Part shown: positions 35,320-49,330 of the stretch, piece by piece
Layout: each line of letters begins with the position of its first letter
How positions within the stretch are numbered: the stretch's first letter is position 1
From: the human T2T-CHM13v2.0 reference genome, Homo sapiens
Direction: 5' to 3' (one strand)
DNA: 64,000 bases
Assembly: GCF_009914755.1 (NCBI RefSeq)
Contig: NC_060936.1
Position numbers and translations under genes: made by a program
The notes under the pieces: model-generated
The model's database searches: none
Seen by the model: only the letters and a program-made list of their open reading frames with translations
Told to the model about the DNA's origin: nothing

Positions 35320-37341
35320 AATAGCACTGCAATGAAAGCTCATGGGCCCAGCTGTTCCTTTAATAGACTTGACCTGAAGACCTGACGTAAAAATCAGTCC
35401 TGCTGTCACCTGGTTGAGGCCCTGCTTTGTTTCTGCTAACTAGTCTGATTTCATTGTCACTCATAATCTCTCAATGTTTGTGTCTTTTCTTTTTTTCAAC
35501 TCTAAATACTTTTATAATTTCACCATGAAAAATCTCCTTTCATGGTGCATTCCCCCCAGATAGTGGTAACCTTTGAAACACACACTGACAACATTCCTAG
35601 ACCTTCGAATATAGTTAATACTCACTTCAGGCTGAAAGGAATTTCTTATCAAATTAGGGTCTGTGATGACGGTGACCGTTTCTGCACTTTTATAATAGCT
35701 TTCATCTGAGGCCTATAGGACACTGTGTAATGTTAATTAGGCCCCTGTGAAGCAGAGAAGGGCACGGGGAAGGTGCAAGGATGGAAATTAACACTGTGCC
35801 AAGTACATAACATAAGCCAGAAGTGATACTTCCTTTTCATGTTTTCCATTTTCATCTTCTTAGTGTTGACATGCCCAGAGGACATTAGCATTGGTGACTG
35901 ATCTGGTTTCCTTGCCCTCTTTCTTCTCTGGTTTAAAGTCTCAGCTATGGCCACTTGCCCTCCAGGCCCATTCCTGTGGTCCTCTGGGTCTCACCTCTAG
36001 GCTGCAGAAGAAGTTATTTCCTCTCCCACCACCCTTCCTCTAGTGAAGAGAAGGGTGAGTTTGTCCCCAGGATGGTCTAACCATACCAGTCATGGGAGGA
36101 AAGAGAATAAGGAAGGGATTCCATGTGACGAGAAGGGATCCCAGCCAGTGGCTGGCCCAAGCTGGTCCCATTAATGTAATACCTTGACTCATCCCAGGCA
36201 AAACCCTTCTCCATCTGGTGCTTATGGTGTGATCCTGAGGATGCCATGTTACCTGTGATCCACTTCATGTTAGGCAAAATGAGGGAGGTTGTGGTTTGAG
36301 GGTTTCATGGAGGTTAGGAACCTCCAGGTATGTAGGGTGGCTGAGACATTGAGACACCCCAGTAAAGAAGGGGAGATAAAGCCTGCTACACACCTGGCCT
36401 GGGAGCTGGGGAGGGCATGGTTTATGATGAGGGGTGTGAGAACCAGGAAAACCAAGCAAGTACCCAAGATCAGGGTCAAGGTCAAGGTTAGGTCAGAGAC
36501 TAGAAATGCAACACAGAGTAGAATCACCCAAATAGACCACTGGACTAGCTCTGTGGGAAATAGTTCAAAGTTTTTCAACATGGAAGAGCAATGTAGCACT
36601 CTGTAGAAGGCCAGAGGATCATATAATAAGGAGAGTTTGGTGTGGGAGCAGAGCTTGACCATTGTTATTCTTTGAGGAAAATCTTGAGCTGGTTCCATTT
36701 GCCTTCAATTGTAGACTCAGAAACTTTTCCTTCTATGGCACTACCTTGCCACGTACACAAAGGCCCCATCCTCCTTCTTGGGGGCTTACAAGCACCATGA
36801 GATATTGCATATTAGGTTGACCGCATGGAATCAGTCTTCTTAACTGCAACATAGCCAGGTTTGGAGGCAAAGACAGTTGTTATTCCTGCTAAATGGTCAG
36901 TGAGGAAAATGCCAACAGCCCTCCTAGGAAGTCCTCACTGGATGCCAAAGGACAAGACAACCAGTGCAGCCCCGATGCACCGGTGGTGCACAGGCTCATG
37001 TGAGTGGATACTGCGTTGTCCATGGATGCTGGGTCTGCTCATGCCCCTGGAGTTTCTTCAGATCTGACCTTCTCGCCCCAGTCCCCATCAGTTCTCCTCC
37101 CCACTGGATATCCACAATCCTTGAAGCTCAGGTGGTAGGACTAGTAAGGAATTTGGTTCTCACTCACAATACTTCTGCCCAGTGTTTAATCCTTTCTGAG
37201 TCTTTTCCATTTCTCTAATGAACTAAGCTTTTGAAACTCCAAAGTCAGGAAGTCTTTTCCCGGTTCTGTTTTCCATTGTAACATCCTTTCTCTGAGGCAG
37301 TCAGTGCAGAAGAGCCCAACTGCTTCAAAGGGCACAGGGAC
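35320..37341 (-). pseudogene. Possible highly decayed KRAB/C2H2 zinc-finger gene remnant (speculative)
   Basis: Splice acceptor followed by VPVPFEAVGLFCT (KRAB-A-like); degenerate finger/linker-like translations near 37050, 36200, 35650, 35593 and 35508; judged by eye only. Confidence 0.3.
36467..36495 (+). promoter_or_regulatory. Candidate nuclear-receptor element (DR0 + DR5 + TCAAGGTCA)
   Basis: AGATCA GGGTCA AGGTCA AGGTT AGGTCA. Confidence 0.4.
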
Positions 37342-38387
37342 CTGGGCAAGCACCAAGGAGAGAAAGGAAACATTGGGGTTGAAGGAAAGCATTGGTTCAT
37401 ACAATACAAGGAGGTTAAAATATTTTTCTCCCACAGATCTCATTTCTGAGAGGCTGATTTTAAGTTGGTTGTCTCACTTGCGTGGAAACACTCTTTCTAT
37501 CTACGTGGCTTTTGGCCCGTCTATTGACATCCATATTTAGAACATCAGTTGGGTACCCAAGGATGAGCATGAGTGGGGCAGAGGCGGGTGGCTCCCATCA
37601 AATACAGCCCAGGGGGTCAAGAAGCAGGGAGCTCTGGGAGCACAGATACCTCATGGGTCCCCTAGGACCCACAGGGAGGAAGGAGTCTGGAACATTTTGT
37701 CCTGCCTGCAAATATCCTCACACAACACAAGAACCACAGGCAGCCACCATGGTTGCAGTGGGTGTGAGGAGCTGGAGTTCCTAAACAAGATGGGGCAGGA
37801 GCATGACCTCTTTGGTCTTAGTCAGGACCCTGGATTGAGGATAATGTGACCTGGGAAAACCAGGACCCCACTAGGGTGGAATCAAAATGCTGTTTCTGCT
37901 TCTTGTGCTCTTGAGGGTAGTTGGAAATGGATTGTTTCAGGGCTCCATCTAGCAACTGCCCAGTTTCTGAGTCTAAGCTCCAACACGAAGTGTTGACATT
38001 GAGTAGGAAGGTCCTTCTGTTTATGGAATACTGTGGTTTATGTAATTCCTATGTTTAAGCTTTTTCTCTAGGTAGTAAAATGATTGATCCCCTCAAAATA
38101 GAATCATCTGGGGTTGTTTTTAGATGAAATAAAGCATCTAGACAGACCCTGATTTTTGTTCAAATTGGCTGAATTGGCTGAACTGGGTTAAGTGGAAAAT
38201 ACTAGGTCAACCACAAGCCCACTATGAGTCTTGAGAAATGGACTTAGCTTCTGTCTGGATCCTGTATTACCCTGCCTGAAACATATGCTCTAAGGCAGCT
38301 GTGAAAGGGAACTGTTTTGATTTATGTGAGACCCTGAGCGAAGGATTTCAGTTCTCTGAGTGTCCACGCCATTGATGGTACATGCAA

Positions 38388-38851
38388 ACTACACACACTA
38401 CACACAAACACACACCACATTCACACACACTACACACACACACACACCACATTCACACACACTACACACACACACCGCATTCACACACACCACACACACA
38501 CACCACATTCACACACACACCACATTCACACACACTACACACACACACACACCACATTCACACACACTACACACACACCACATTCACACACACTACACAC
38601 ACACACCGCATTCACACACACTACACACACACACCACATTCACACACACTACACACACACACCACATTCACACACACTACACACACACAGCACATCCACA
38701 CACACTACACACATGCACCGCATTCACACACACTAAACACACACACACCACGTTCACACACACACACACCACATTCACACACACTACACACACACACACA
38801 CACCACATTCACACACACTACACACACACACACACACACCACATTCACACA
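38388..38851 (+). repeat. CA-rich minisatellite, ~16 units, modal period ~28 bp
   Basis: Repeating (CA)nCCRCATT(CA)4CTA. Confidence 0.95.
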
Positions 38852-41800
38852 AACTTGTTGGAGTCAGTCAAGCCCCACAGCCCTAAAAGGCACTTCACAA
38901 AAGGGTGAATGAGAAGAGAAAGCAAACCTGAGATTCTGTGGGGCAATTGACACCAATCCCCCGTCCCAAACATCCCCATTTAAATGTGATTAATTTGCAA
39001 TTCTGAAAGATGTCATTTGTGTCAATCCAGGAACGCATTCATTTTGGGGTGAGCGGAAATGTCCCCAATTTCTGGTGGTAGCGGATACATCTGAAAAATG
39101 GAATCGAATCAATTTTGCTCCCGAGAGGGACAGGTGGAGGACTCCTATTTCCTGCCAATTCAGTTGGAAACAATGAGGAGAGAGGAAAAAAAATGGAGCC
39201 CTCCCTTCTCTTTCTGGCCTTAGACATGAACTCCTGATAAGATCCTGGAAAACAGGCAGCGTTTTTAACAGCCGGTTGCCCTCTTCAGCTGAGAAAACAG
39301 CACGAGCCAAAACTAGGAACCGGGGCCACCTCTATTGTGAATGTGGCCAGGCTGACTTATTGTCGCCAAACAGCAAATCATGAAATGACTGAGATAAGGA
39401 ATATAATCACATTTTCACATGAACCTTACATTCTTACCTCTTCTATAGGAAAGGATATCCCTGCAGGAAGGAGGAAGGTGGGGCCTGCCCATGTTCTGCA
39501 GCAGGGCTGGGACTGCATTGTCCAGGCTTTTGTAGGGACACAGGAAGAGGGTACGGAAGTTTCTACAGGAAAACAGAGAAAAGTTCAAACATAAACAGCA
39601 TCCAAAAAAATTTACCAACAGCAAACTAGATTTCCTCTTTGGGCCTCCCATGCTTCCATGCACCCCTGGACTGGCAGATTTTAATCTTGGATTCTGTTCA
39701 CCTTGGTAACCTCCAGCGCGTGTGATTATGCTGTTTCCCTACTTATTAAGTTAAAAGGATGTGTTTTCTATGGCAATGGAGACAAAAACAATCTCTTTCC
39801 AGAGACTGTATCCTGGCCTGGCCGGAGACTGTTCTGTCTTTTCCATTTGTCATTTCTGGGGAGGGCATGAGCTTTCCTGAAGTTCCGTGTGTGATAGGGC
39901 GGCTCCCTTTCAGGAGCATTTGAACAAAAGCTGAAAGTGGCTACATCATTGCTTCCCACGAGGCAGGGGTTTGGTTCGGCTCCCTGGTTTCAGCCAGAGA
40001 TGAGCTTTGAGAAACTCAACCATAAGGGACACGAGAAATGTATCCTCACTCCACCCCCAAGTAACTAGTGAGGGCTGGAGTTGTCCCTTTCCACCCCGCT
40101 TGCCGTCTGTCCTCCCACCCCCCAGGGCTCAGAAGAAGCTGCCACAGGAATCTCGGCTGCCCACCCTGAGGCCGCACAGCTCTGGTTTTAGGGTTATGAA
40201 AACCACGGCTCTAACAGGGAGAATTCCATCACTAAATCTGAAAGAAGAGGGCCTAGATGAAACCAGGGAGCAGCTTTGGGGACTCACGCCACCTTATGCC
40301 TCGGCCTTGTGTTTTAAACCAAGTCGTTCCTTTCTGCCTCTGGTTACATAGATAGGTGACAAAAAAAAAATTATAGAAAAATGTTATCAGATTCCCTGGT
40401 TTTGGGAAGAGGGGCGTGAGGGAAAAGGCCTTCTCAAGGGCAAACTTTGAAATGTAAGAAGTTTCTCTCCACTCTTCTTCCTGACTGAAAGGCTTCACAT
40501 TGGCTAGGGATCACAGAAGTCACTTCCACACTCGCTGTAATGGGGACTGCCAGGCACTAAAAGGAGCATCCGTCACCTCTCAGGTGGGGCCAATCACACA
40601 TTTCAGGAGCAAACAGTTACAGTTAGTAGACAGATTTCCTAGACACTTGCCCTTATGGGAAATTAAAGTACCCCCTACCCCCCTCAAAATAGCTCATAAG
40701 TCTAAGGATCTTCCCCAGCCCATCAGAGGATGGAGTTCTGAGTGGACTGTGCTAGATTTTTAGGGGATATCTTTTTCTGAATTGCTTTTTCCAGAACGAA
40801 TGACTTCCATTATGTTCAGCCAGGGACCAATTTTTCACTTAAGTATGTAAAGCAAAATATGACTTTTTCCCTGGATATGTTACAACAGAAAGCTTTCCTG
40901 ACAGCTGCCAGGCAGGTGATTAAAGCGTATTATATAAAAGCCCAGGTACAAGTAAGAGGGTGACCTTGAGTTCTCAAACCAGTGTAAAATGCTATTTAAG
41001 ATGGATTCAGAGAGCTCTGCTGTGTGTAAGGAATGCCTGCATTTTCAGAAAACAGCAGATGAAGACTCATTCATGCAACACACACGTATTGAACAGCTGT
41101 TGCCCTCCAGCCCTACATTCATTCATTCATTCATTCATTATTGCATTCATTCATTCATGTGTTCATTCATTTATAGAAGGTGCCAGGCACTGAGTTACAT
41201 TTGAAGAACAATCAGGGGTGATTTTCAACACATGTAACAGGAAGGCTTTCACCCTAACTCACCAGTTTTGTTTTTCAGGGTTTCAGGAGGACTTTGGAGA
41301 TATTGCTGGGCCTGTGCTGGAGGCCCTTTGCTCCTGTGTCAGGTGTTAACCCTTGAGTCACTTGGTGCATTTTGATATTTTAGTAACCACTACAGCTTGC
41401 CAGCTGGCTCAGTCCTGAATACAGTAATATACAAGTCCTTGATCTCTGGAAGCCAGCATTTTAGAGTCTGCTACATTTCCAGAAAAATAAGCCTGAGTCC
41501 CAAGCTGACCTGAGCCCAAAGTCCTGCATGGGCTTCAGGAGGTTCTCAACTCCCATGAAAAGGAGGCAGCAAGGGCCCTTCTAATCCAAGGCTGAGCATC
41601 AGATGGAGCTTGAGCGAGCCAGGGAGTCCTGCTAAGGATGATGAACCAGGAGAGGGACTCCCCTGGCTCTCCAAGCTCTGTTTCTCACAGGACCCAGTAG
41701 GGCTGTGGCCTCCACCTGTGGAATCAGGCCTGCCACACTCCAAGACCAGCAGGCCTCTGAGCAGGGGGTCTCTAAAATAGCCCAGCAGATGACTCAGTTC

Positions 41801-42565
41801 CAAGCTTCCACTTTGATGGTAGGGCTTCTCACCTGTTGCTTTTCTTACAGCCAGCTCTCTTCATACATTTAGGTTATCTGCCTGGCCCCTATGGACATGT
41901 GATTCCTCAGCTACCCTCTTCCTAAACACAGGTTTCATTTAGAGTCAAAGTTAGAAGCATATTAACCTAGGCCTGAGCCTGTCTTAACTTATTTTACCCG
42001 TAATGAGGGTGAACAGTCATCATTATTGCTCTGATAAAACATGTACAGGAAGTCTAGAAGTATGCAAGGGGCTCACCTCTCTGGTGAATTGTCAGCAAGT
42101 ATCAGGTTAAAGGAAAACAGTGAGAAGAGAAAGCAATAATGGGCAAATTTAAAGTAACTATTGGAGAAAGCTTATAACAATTGGGAAGAAAATCTTGGAT
42201 TCCAACAGCCCCAAATCATGTAAGACCTACAATTTCTACATGAGTACCAAACAATCAAGTTATTAGGTTATTAAATGAAATTCACTATGATTACAAATAG
42301 TTTCCTGTAAAAGTCCAATATTGTATAAAATATTACTATAAACCAACATTATTGTCTTTAAAACTCATTTACTGGAAACTTTGCATTCAGATACCGGCCA
42401 TCACCATCTAACTGGTCCCCTTGGAAGACCTGCTCCTTTTCCCATGACACCCCTACAGAAAACATTTTAGAACTCCTTGTCCCAAATCCTTGTGTGGGCT
42501 AATCCTCAAAGCCAATTTATAAGTCACTTAGAAAAAGACTCTTATATTGTTTTATATTCATATAT

Positions 42566-42866
42566 TTTGTTTGTTTCTTTGTTTTTTGAGATGGAGTCTC
42601 GTTCTGTCGCCCAGGCTGGAGTGCAATGACACCATCTCGCCTCACTGCAACCTACACCTCCAGGTTCAAGTGATTCTCCTGCCTCAGCCTCCCCAGTAGC
42701 TGGGATTACAGGCATGTGACACCACACCTGGCTGATTTTTGTATTTTAGTAGAGACGGGGTTTCCCTATGTTGACCAGGCTAGTCTTGAACTCCTGATCT
42801 CGGGTGATCTGCCCACCTTGGCCTTTCAAGTGTTGGAATTACAGGCGTGGGCCACCACGCCTGGCC
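42566..42866 (-). mobile_element. AluS
   Basis: Full antisense dimer. Confidence 0.95.
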
Positions 42867-42989
42867 ATGTATCTTATTTTTGATCCAAAATAGTAACATC
42901 TACTTTTTTCACCATTATCTAGATATTATTTCTGTTCCAAAATGAAGTCTATCAAATAATGAACATTTATTCATACTGAAATTGAAAGA

Positions 42990-43155
42990 GGCTGGGTGCA
43001 GTGGATTACGCCTGTGATCCTAGCACTTTGGGAGAATTGCTTGAGGCCAGGAGTTTGAGACCAGCCTGGGCAACAAAGAGAGACCCTGTCTCTACAAAAA
43101 ATAAAATAATTAGCCTGGTGTCATGGCATGTGCCTGCAGCCCCAGATGCTCAGTA
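42990..43155 (+). mobile_element. Partial AluJ with internal deletion
   Basis: CACTTTGGGAG joined to AATTGCTTGAGG; ends early in the right arm. Confidence 0.85.
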
Positions 43156-43409
43156 CTACCTGGGTTAGTCACAAAGTATATGGTGTTGAGCAAAAGAGAT
43201 GTACAGCTAGAATTTGTGCAAAGAATCAGACAAATTACTTCATGGGAAGTTTTTTTTTAAACATTAAGCAAAGATGGTCTTTGTTTCCTGACAACCATGT
43301 AGCCCCTGCCTAGTAGATGAGTCGATATAGAATGGGTGGATGCCAGGCAGAAGAAAGAGGTCATTGCTCAGCTTTGAGGGTCACACTCAATTTTTAAATC
43401 CATAAGACA

Positions 43410-43540
43410 GGCTGGGTATGGTGGCTCACACCTGCAGTAATCCCAGAGTTTTGGGAGGCCAAGGCAGGAGGATAGCTTGAGGCCAGGGGTTCGAGACCAA
43501 CCTGGGCAAAAAAGCGAGACCCCCCCCCCATCTCTATAAT
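43410..43540 (+). mobile_element. FLAM_C/AluJ left monomer
   Basis: GGCTGGGTATGGTGGCTCAC...CCTGGGCAAAAAAGCGAGACCCC. Confidence 0.85.
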
Positions 43541-45192
43541 TGATATATCCATGAGACAATAATCTTAAAAGGCAGGTTTGGTCGGGGAGTGGATGAAGAA
43601 AAAGTGGTAGGTGGCAGGGAGGGCAGTGGTTTGCCTTTACCTGCAAGAGGCAAACCTACCGCACAGCTTCACACTGCCTACACTATAGTGTGAGTCAACG
43701 GAGACCATGCCACAGAGTCATTCCCACCAGCCAGGAAGGGTGGGAGAAAAGGGAGGAGGACGAAGTGGGAGTAAGAAGAGTGTCTTTGCATTCAGGCCCC
43801 TTTGCCATGAGCAAACGTTAGAGCAGGGATGTTGAATGGCCCAGGTGGTGGAGAGGAAGCTGGCTCAGAGAAGGCAGAGCTTTGCTTTCTGCTTGGAACT
43901 CAGAGGAAATTGTCTAGCATGGCATCCATGAACTGTGAGGGCAGCCACAGCAGGGGCGAAATGGTGGTGTTGGGCGTGTTTTCAGGGAAAGGAGCCTGTG
44001 ATTGCTCCCCGTTTCCTCTTGACCTGTGTGTAGCCTGTAGGGAACATCGAAGTTCCCCAAGACATACTCCCAAGACAGCTGAGAATGCAGGCTCGTGAGC
44101 TGGCGGGCAGGGGATGATGCCACGGCAAGCCCAGATGTGGCCAAGGGCTGGAGGGCAGAGCTGCCCCCACACAGCCCAGGTGTAGATGCAATGGTGGCTC
44201 CCATGAGGGGGTCTTATCCCATGATAGCCCCCCTGGGCCCTGCCCAACACCCTGAGGGCCTCTGACCCACCCCTCCCTGCAGCCGGACCCTGTATTGAGG
44301 AGGATGGGCAGGGAAAGCATGCTTTAGAGAAAAGGAAGCAATCCTGATAGGAAGTTTCAACTTAGAATTAACTGATTATTTGGGCGAAACAGATTGTTTT
44401 AAGCCGGAAGAGGCAGTTACTTTTCATTGGTAAGTGTAAATTTCTTTTCCCCTCCACTATCAGCAGGAGTGGGAACAGATGAGACCAGTTATAAAAATAA
44501 ATGTAAACGACATTTTTCAAACAAAAAAACCTGAGCCGTAGTGTGTATATGTCCACACCCTGCTGGTAAGTATGTGATTATAATTAACCATGAGTCCTGT
44601 GAAGAGAAAGTCTCTAGTGCTTTGAATGCATTTAATCAGGGCACATAACATAGACTGGCAGGCGGCCCTCGGGGACAGTCACTAGAAGGAAGTGATATTA
44701 GAGCAGAGACTGGCTGGAGGGTTAGATAGGCAGGAGAACACGACAAGGGCTGCAGGAGGAAAGAGGCTGGTCCGGGGGGAGAAGGGAGAAGGTTTGCTGA
44801 GCTAGAGGGCCAGGAAGGGCCTGCGAAGAGTTGCAGGAGACGAGGGGCGAATGCCAAGTGCCCTTTTAGCTCTTCGTAAGTTTCTAGTTCACTCAACTCA
44901 GTTTAATCTATTTAAAATGCTCCTCTATTTTTCCAGGGGAAAACAACAACAACTATAACAAACAGTGTGCTTTAGCATTCAGAGATCTTCCGAGAATAAG
45001 TAAAGACAGAGGCAACAAGCTTCGAGCCAGGGAGTGGGCCGTGCAGCTCAGGCAGCTGCTGAGAGCTTAGACCGCTGCCGCTGCTGCCCACACTTGCCAG
45101 ATTCTACAGCCCTCTTGGCCTTCAGACAATCCCATGCCCTGCCAATCTCTCCAACCCTCTGGAGGGCTGGCTCAGAAGCAGGGCTGTCCCAG

Positions 45193-45610
<418 letters not shown>

Positions 45611-45739
45611 TCACGGGCACCAGGGATGCGGTGGCATCACTGAGAATTTTCCTGGCCAGACTAATGGGTCGGAATGGTAGTAAGAGCAGACAGAATCAAG
45701 CCTCATGTGGATATAGAACAGCCAACCTGCTCTAAGCCA

Positions 45740-46540
<801 letters not shown>

Positions 46541-47952
46541 GTCCTCTTACCAAGGAGAAGCCAAGGTAATGGAATGAGTCTGGACTACAAACACTTCCAT
46601 TATGTGATTGGCACTGGGGGTGTTGGTGGAAAAAAGACAAATAAAATGTGGGGGCGGAGATGGGAAGTTGGGTTGCCCATAAAATTCGCCCACAATCTCA
46701 TGACCGAGACAAGAGCAGTTGACTAACCCTAATAGAAACTCTAGAAGAAGTGTTATGGTCGGAACAAAATGTGCTACTTTTGACTGCGGAGTTGAAAATA
46801 GTTCACAGATCCAAATGTAGTTCAACAATGCAATGAACAGTAAACTTGGGCATTTACTGTTGTGCAAAACATGGAGCATTTCAAGATGAACAAGACTTGA
46901 TCCCTGCCCTCAGGGAGCAGACAGTCGCAGGGAGCACACGAAGAGCCAGCCACAGAAAAAACTAATTTGTCTTTAAGGTGATTAAGTATGGAAGTAGCCA
47001 GGGGGAAATACACAGAGGGGTTCAGAGGAGGAAGGGATGGGCTCCACCTGAAGAGGGTGGGCAGACTTCAAAAGGTGAACAGGATTTTAGCAGGCTGAAA
47101 GGGCTAGGGTAAATGATGGCAGAACTAAAAATACCAGCAAGGAGGTTTGAATGTCCAGTGCGTGGTTCTGCACAGGTTGATGACAGCATCCTATAGGGAA
47201 CTGGAAATACGGACTAGGAAACAAGTTTGGAAATCCTCAGCAGGTGTTGAAGCCATGGAGCTTGGGAGAGCTCCCAGGAAAAGCATATTAAACCAAGCAT
47301 GCCTGAAGCAGGAGAACTGGCTGAGATCACCAACAGATGGAAAGGAAAGAAGACAGAGCTATGAGGACAAGCCCTTGGTGAATGCCAGGATTTAAAGGGC
47401 ACATGGAGGAAAAGGAATCGTCAAAGGAGTGGTCAGAGAAATAGGAACCAGAATTTGGAGAGTTTCAACTCCCAGAATCCAAGAGACGCCTTCTCTGAGG
47501 GCTTCTCCACCTCCCTATTCATAACCCCCATCCTATTGGCTGCCACTTATTCAATGTCCATTTCACTAGACAAGAAATAAGGTCCACGAGCATAAGAAAT
47601 GTTTCTGACTTGTTTATTGCTGTATCTCCTATACCTAAACCAGGTCTTGTCACTTAGTAGAATAGACATATGGACAATTGAATGAATATGTATTCTCAAA
47701 TTATAAGGAGAGTTGAAAAAAACTAAAAGTTGTGAAACCTTGGATTTGGCAATTTGACATAAACATGATGTTTGACAGACCAATTTTAGGAATGGTGAAA
47801 GCCATAAAACTTATGTCACAAGGTTATTTGAATTAAATGAGCTAATATATATAAATGCCTAGCCTAGTGTCTGGATGTAGTTTGAACTCAATAGATGTTA
47901 GATAATTAATATTACTCCCTCTAGCCTTCACTTTCAGAAGCTGTTCTGGTGA

Positions 47953-48281
<329 letters not shown>

Positions 48282-48557
48282 TGGTGAACTAATTCTTTAC
48301 AGTGGTATTGTATCTAACAGATTTTGTCACTACCCTTCCAAGATATACTAGAGATGTATTGCCTTAAAAATGACAACTACAAAGCACTGCTTTAATTGAT
48401 ATATAATAGATGTACATAGTTTTGGGGTACATGTGATAATTGAATACATTCATATAATTTGTAGAAACCAAATCAGCATACTTGAGCTACCCATCACCTT
48501 AAATATTTGTCTATTTTTTATGTTACGACCATTCAAATTCTGTTCTAGCTATTTTGA

Positions 48558-48641
48558 TCTCGAACTCCTGGCTTCTGGTGATCCATCCGCCTCGGCCTCC
48601 CAAAGTGCTGGGATTACAGGTGTGAACCACTGCACCCAGCC
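48558..48641 (-). mobile_element. Tailless Alu 5' fragment (84 bp) with TSD
   Basis: Flanked by CTGTTCTAGCTATTTTGA / CTTTTCTAGCTATTTTGA. Confidence 0.9.
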
Positions 48642-49330
48642 CTTTTCTAGCTATTTTGAAATACACAATAGATTACTGGAAACTATAGTCACCCTACTGA
48701 TCTATTAATATCTAATACTAGGTCTTATGTATTCTGTCAAACCATATATTTGTACCCATTAATCAACTTCTCTTCATCTCCCCTCACCCAACCCTTCCTG
48801 GCCTCCAGTAACCACCAATCTACTCTCTATCTTCATAAGATTTGCTTTTTTAGCTCCCACACTAAAAAGTATGGGCATGTGACATTTGTGTTTCTGTGCT
48901 TGGTTTATTTCACTTAACACAGTGACCTCCGGTTCCATCTGAATTGCTGCAAGCGACAGGGTTTCATCCTTTTTATGGCAGAATAATATTCCATCGTGTA
49001 TATGTATTACATTTTCTTTATGCATTCATCTGCTGGTGAGCACTTAGGTTGATTCCCTATTTTGGCAATTGTGAATAGTGCTGCAATACATACAGGAGTG
49101 CATATATCTCTTCAATATATTGATTTCCTTTCTTTTAGATATATACCCAGTAGTAGAAATGCTGGATCATATGATAGTTCTATTTTTAGTTTTTTGAGTA
49201 ATCTCCATACTGTTCTCGATAGTAACTGTATTAATTTACATTCCCACCAGCAGTGTATGAGAGGTCCTCTTTCTCCACATCCCCACCAACATCTGTTATT
49301 TCCTGGTTCTTTGATAAAAGCCATTTTTAA

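Noticed and set aside
38360-38912. 176-182 aa His/Thr-rich ORFs
   Set aside because: The CA-rich minisatellite lacks stop codons in these frames; compositional artefact
41115-41175. (TTCA)n run as an independent functional repeat
   Set aside because: Typical antisense L2 3' tail, followed by L2-like GTGCCAGGCACTG
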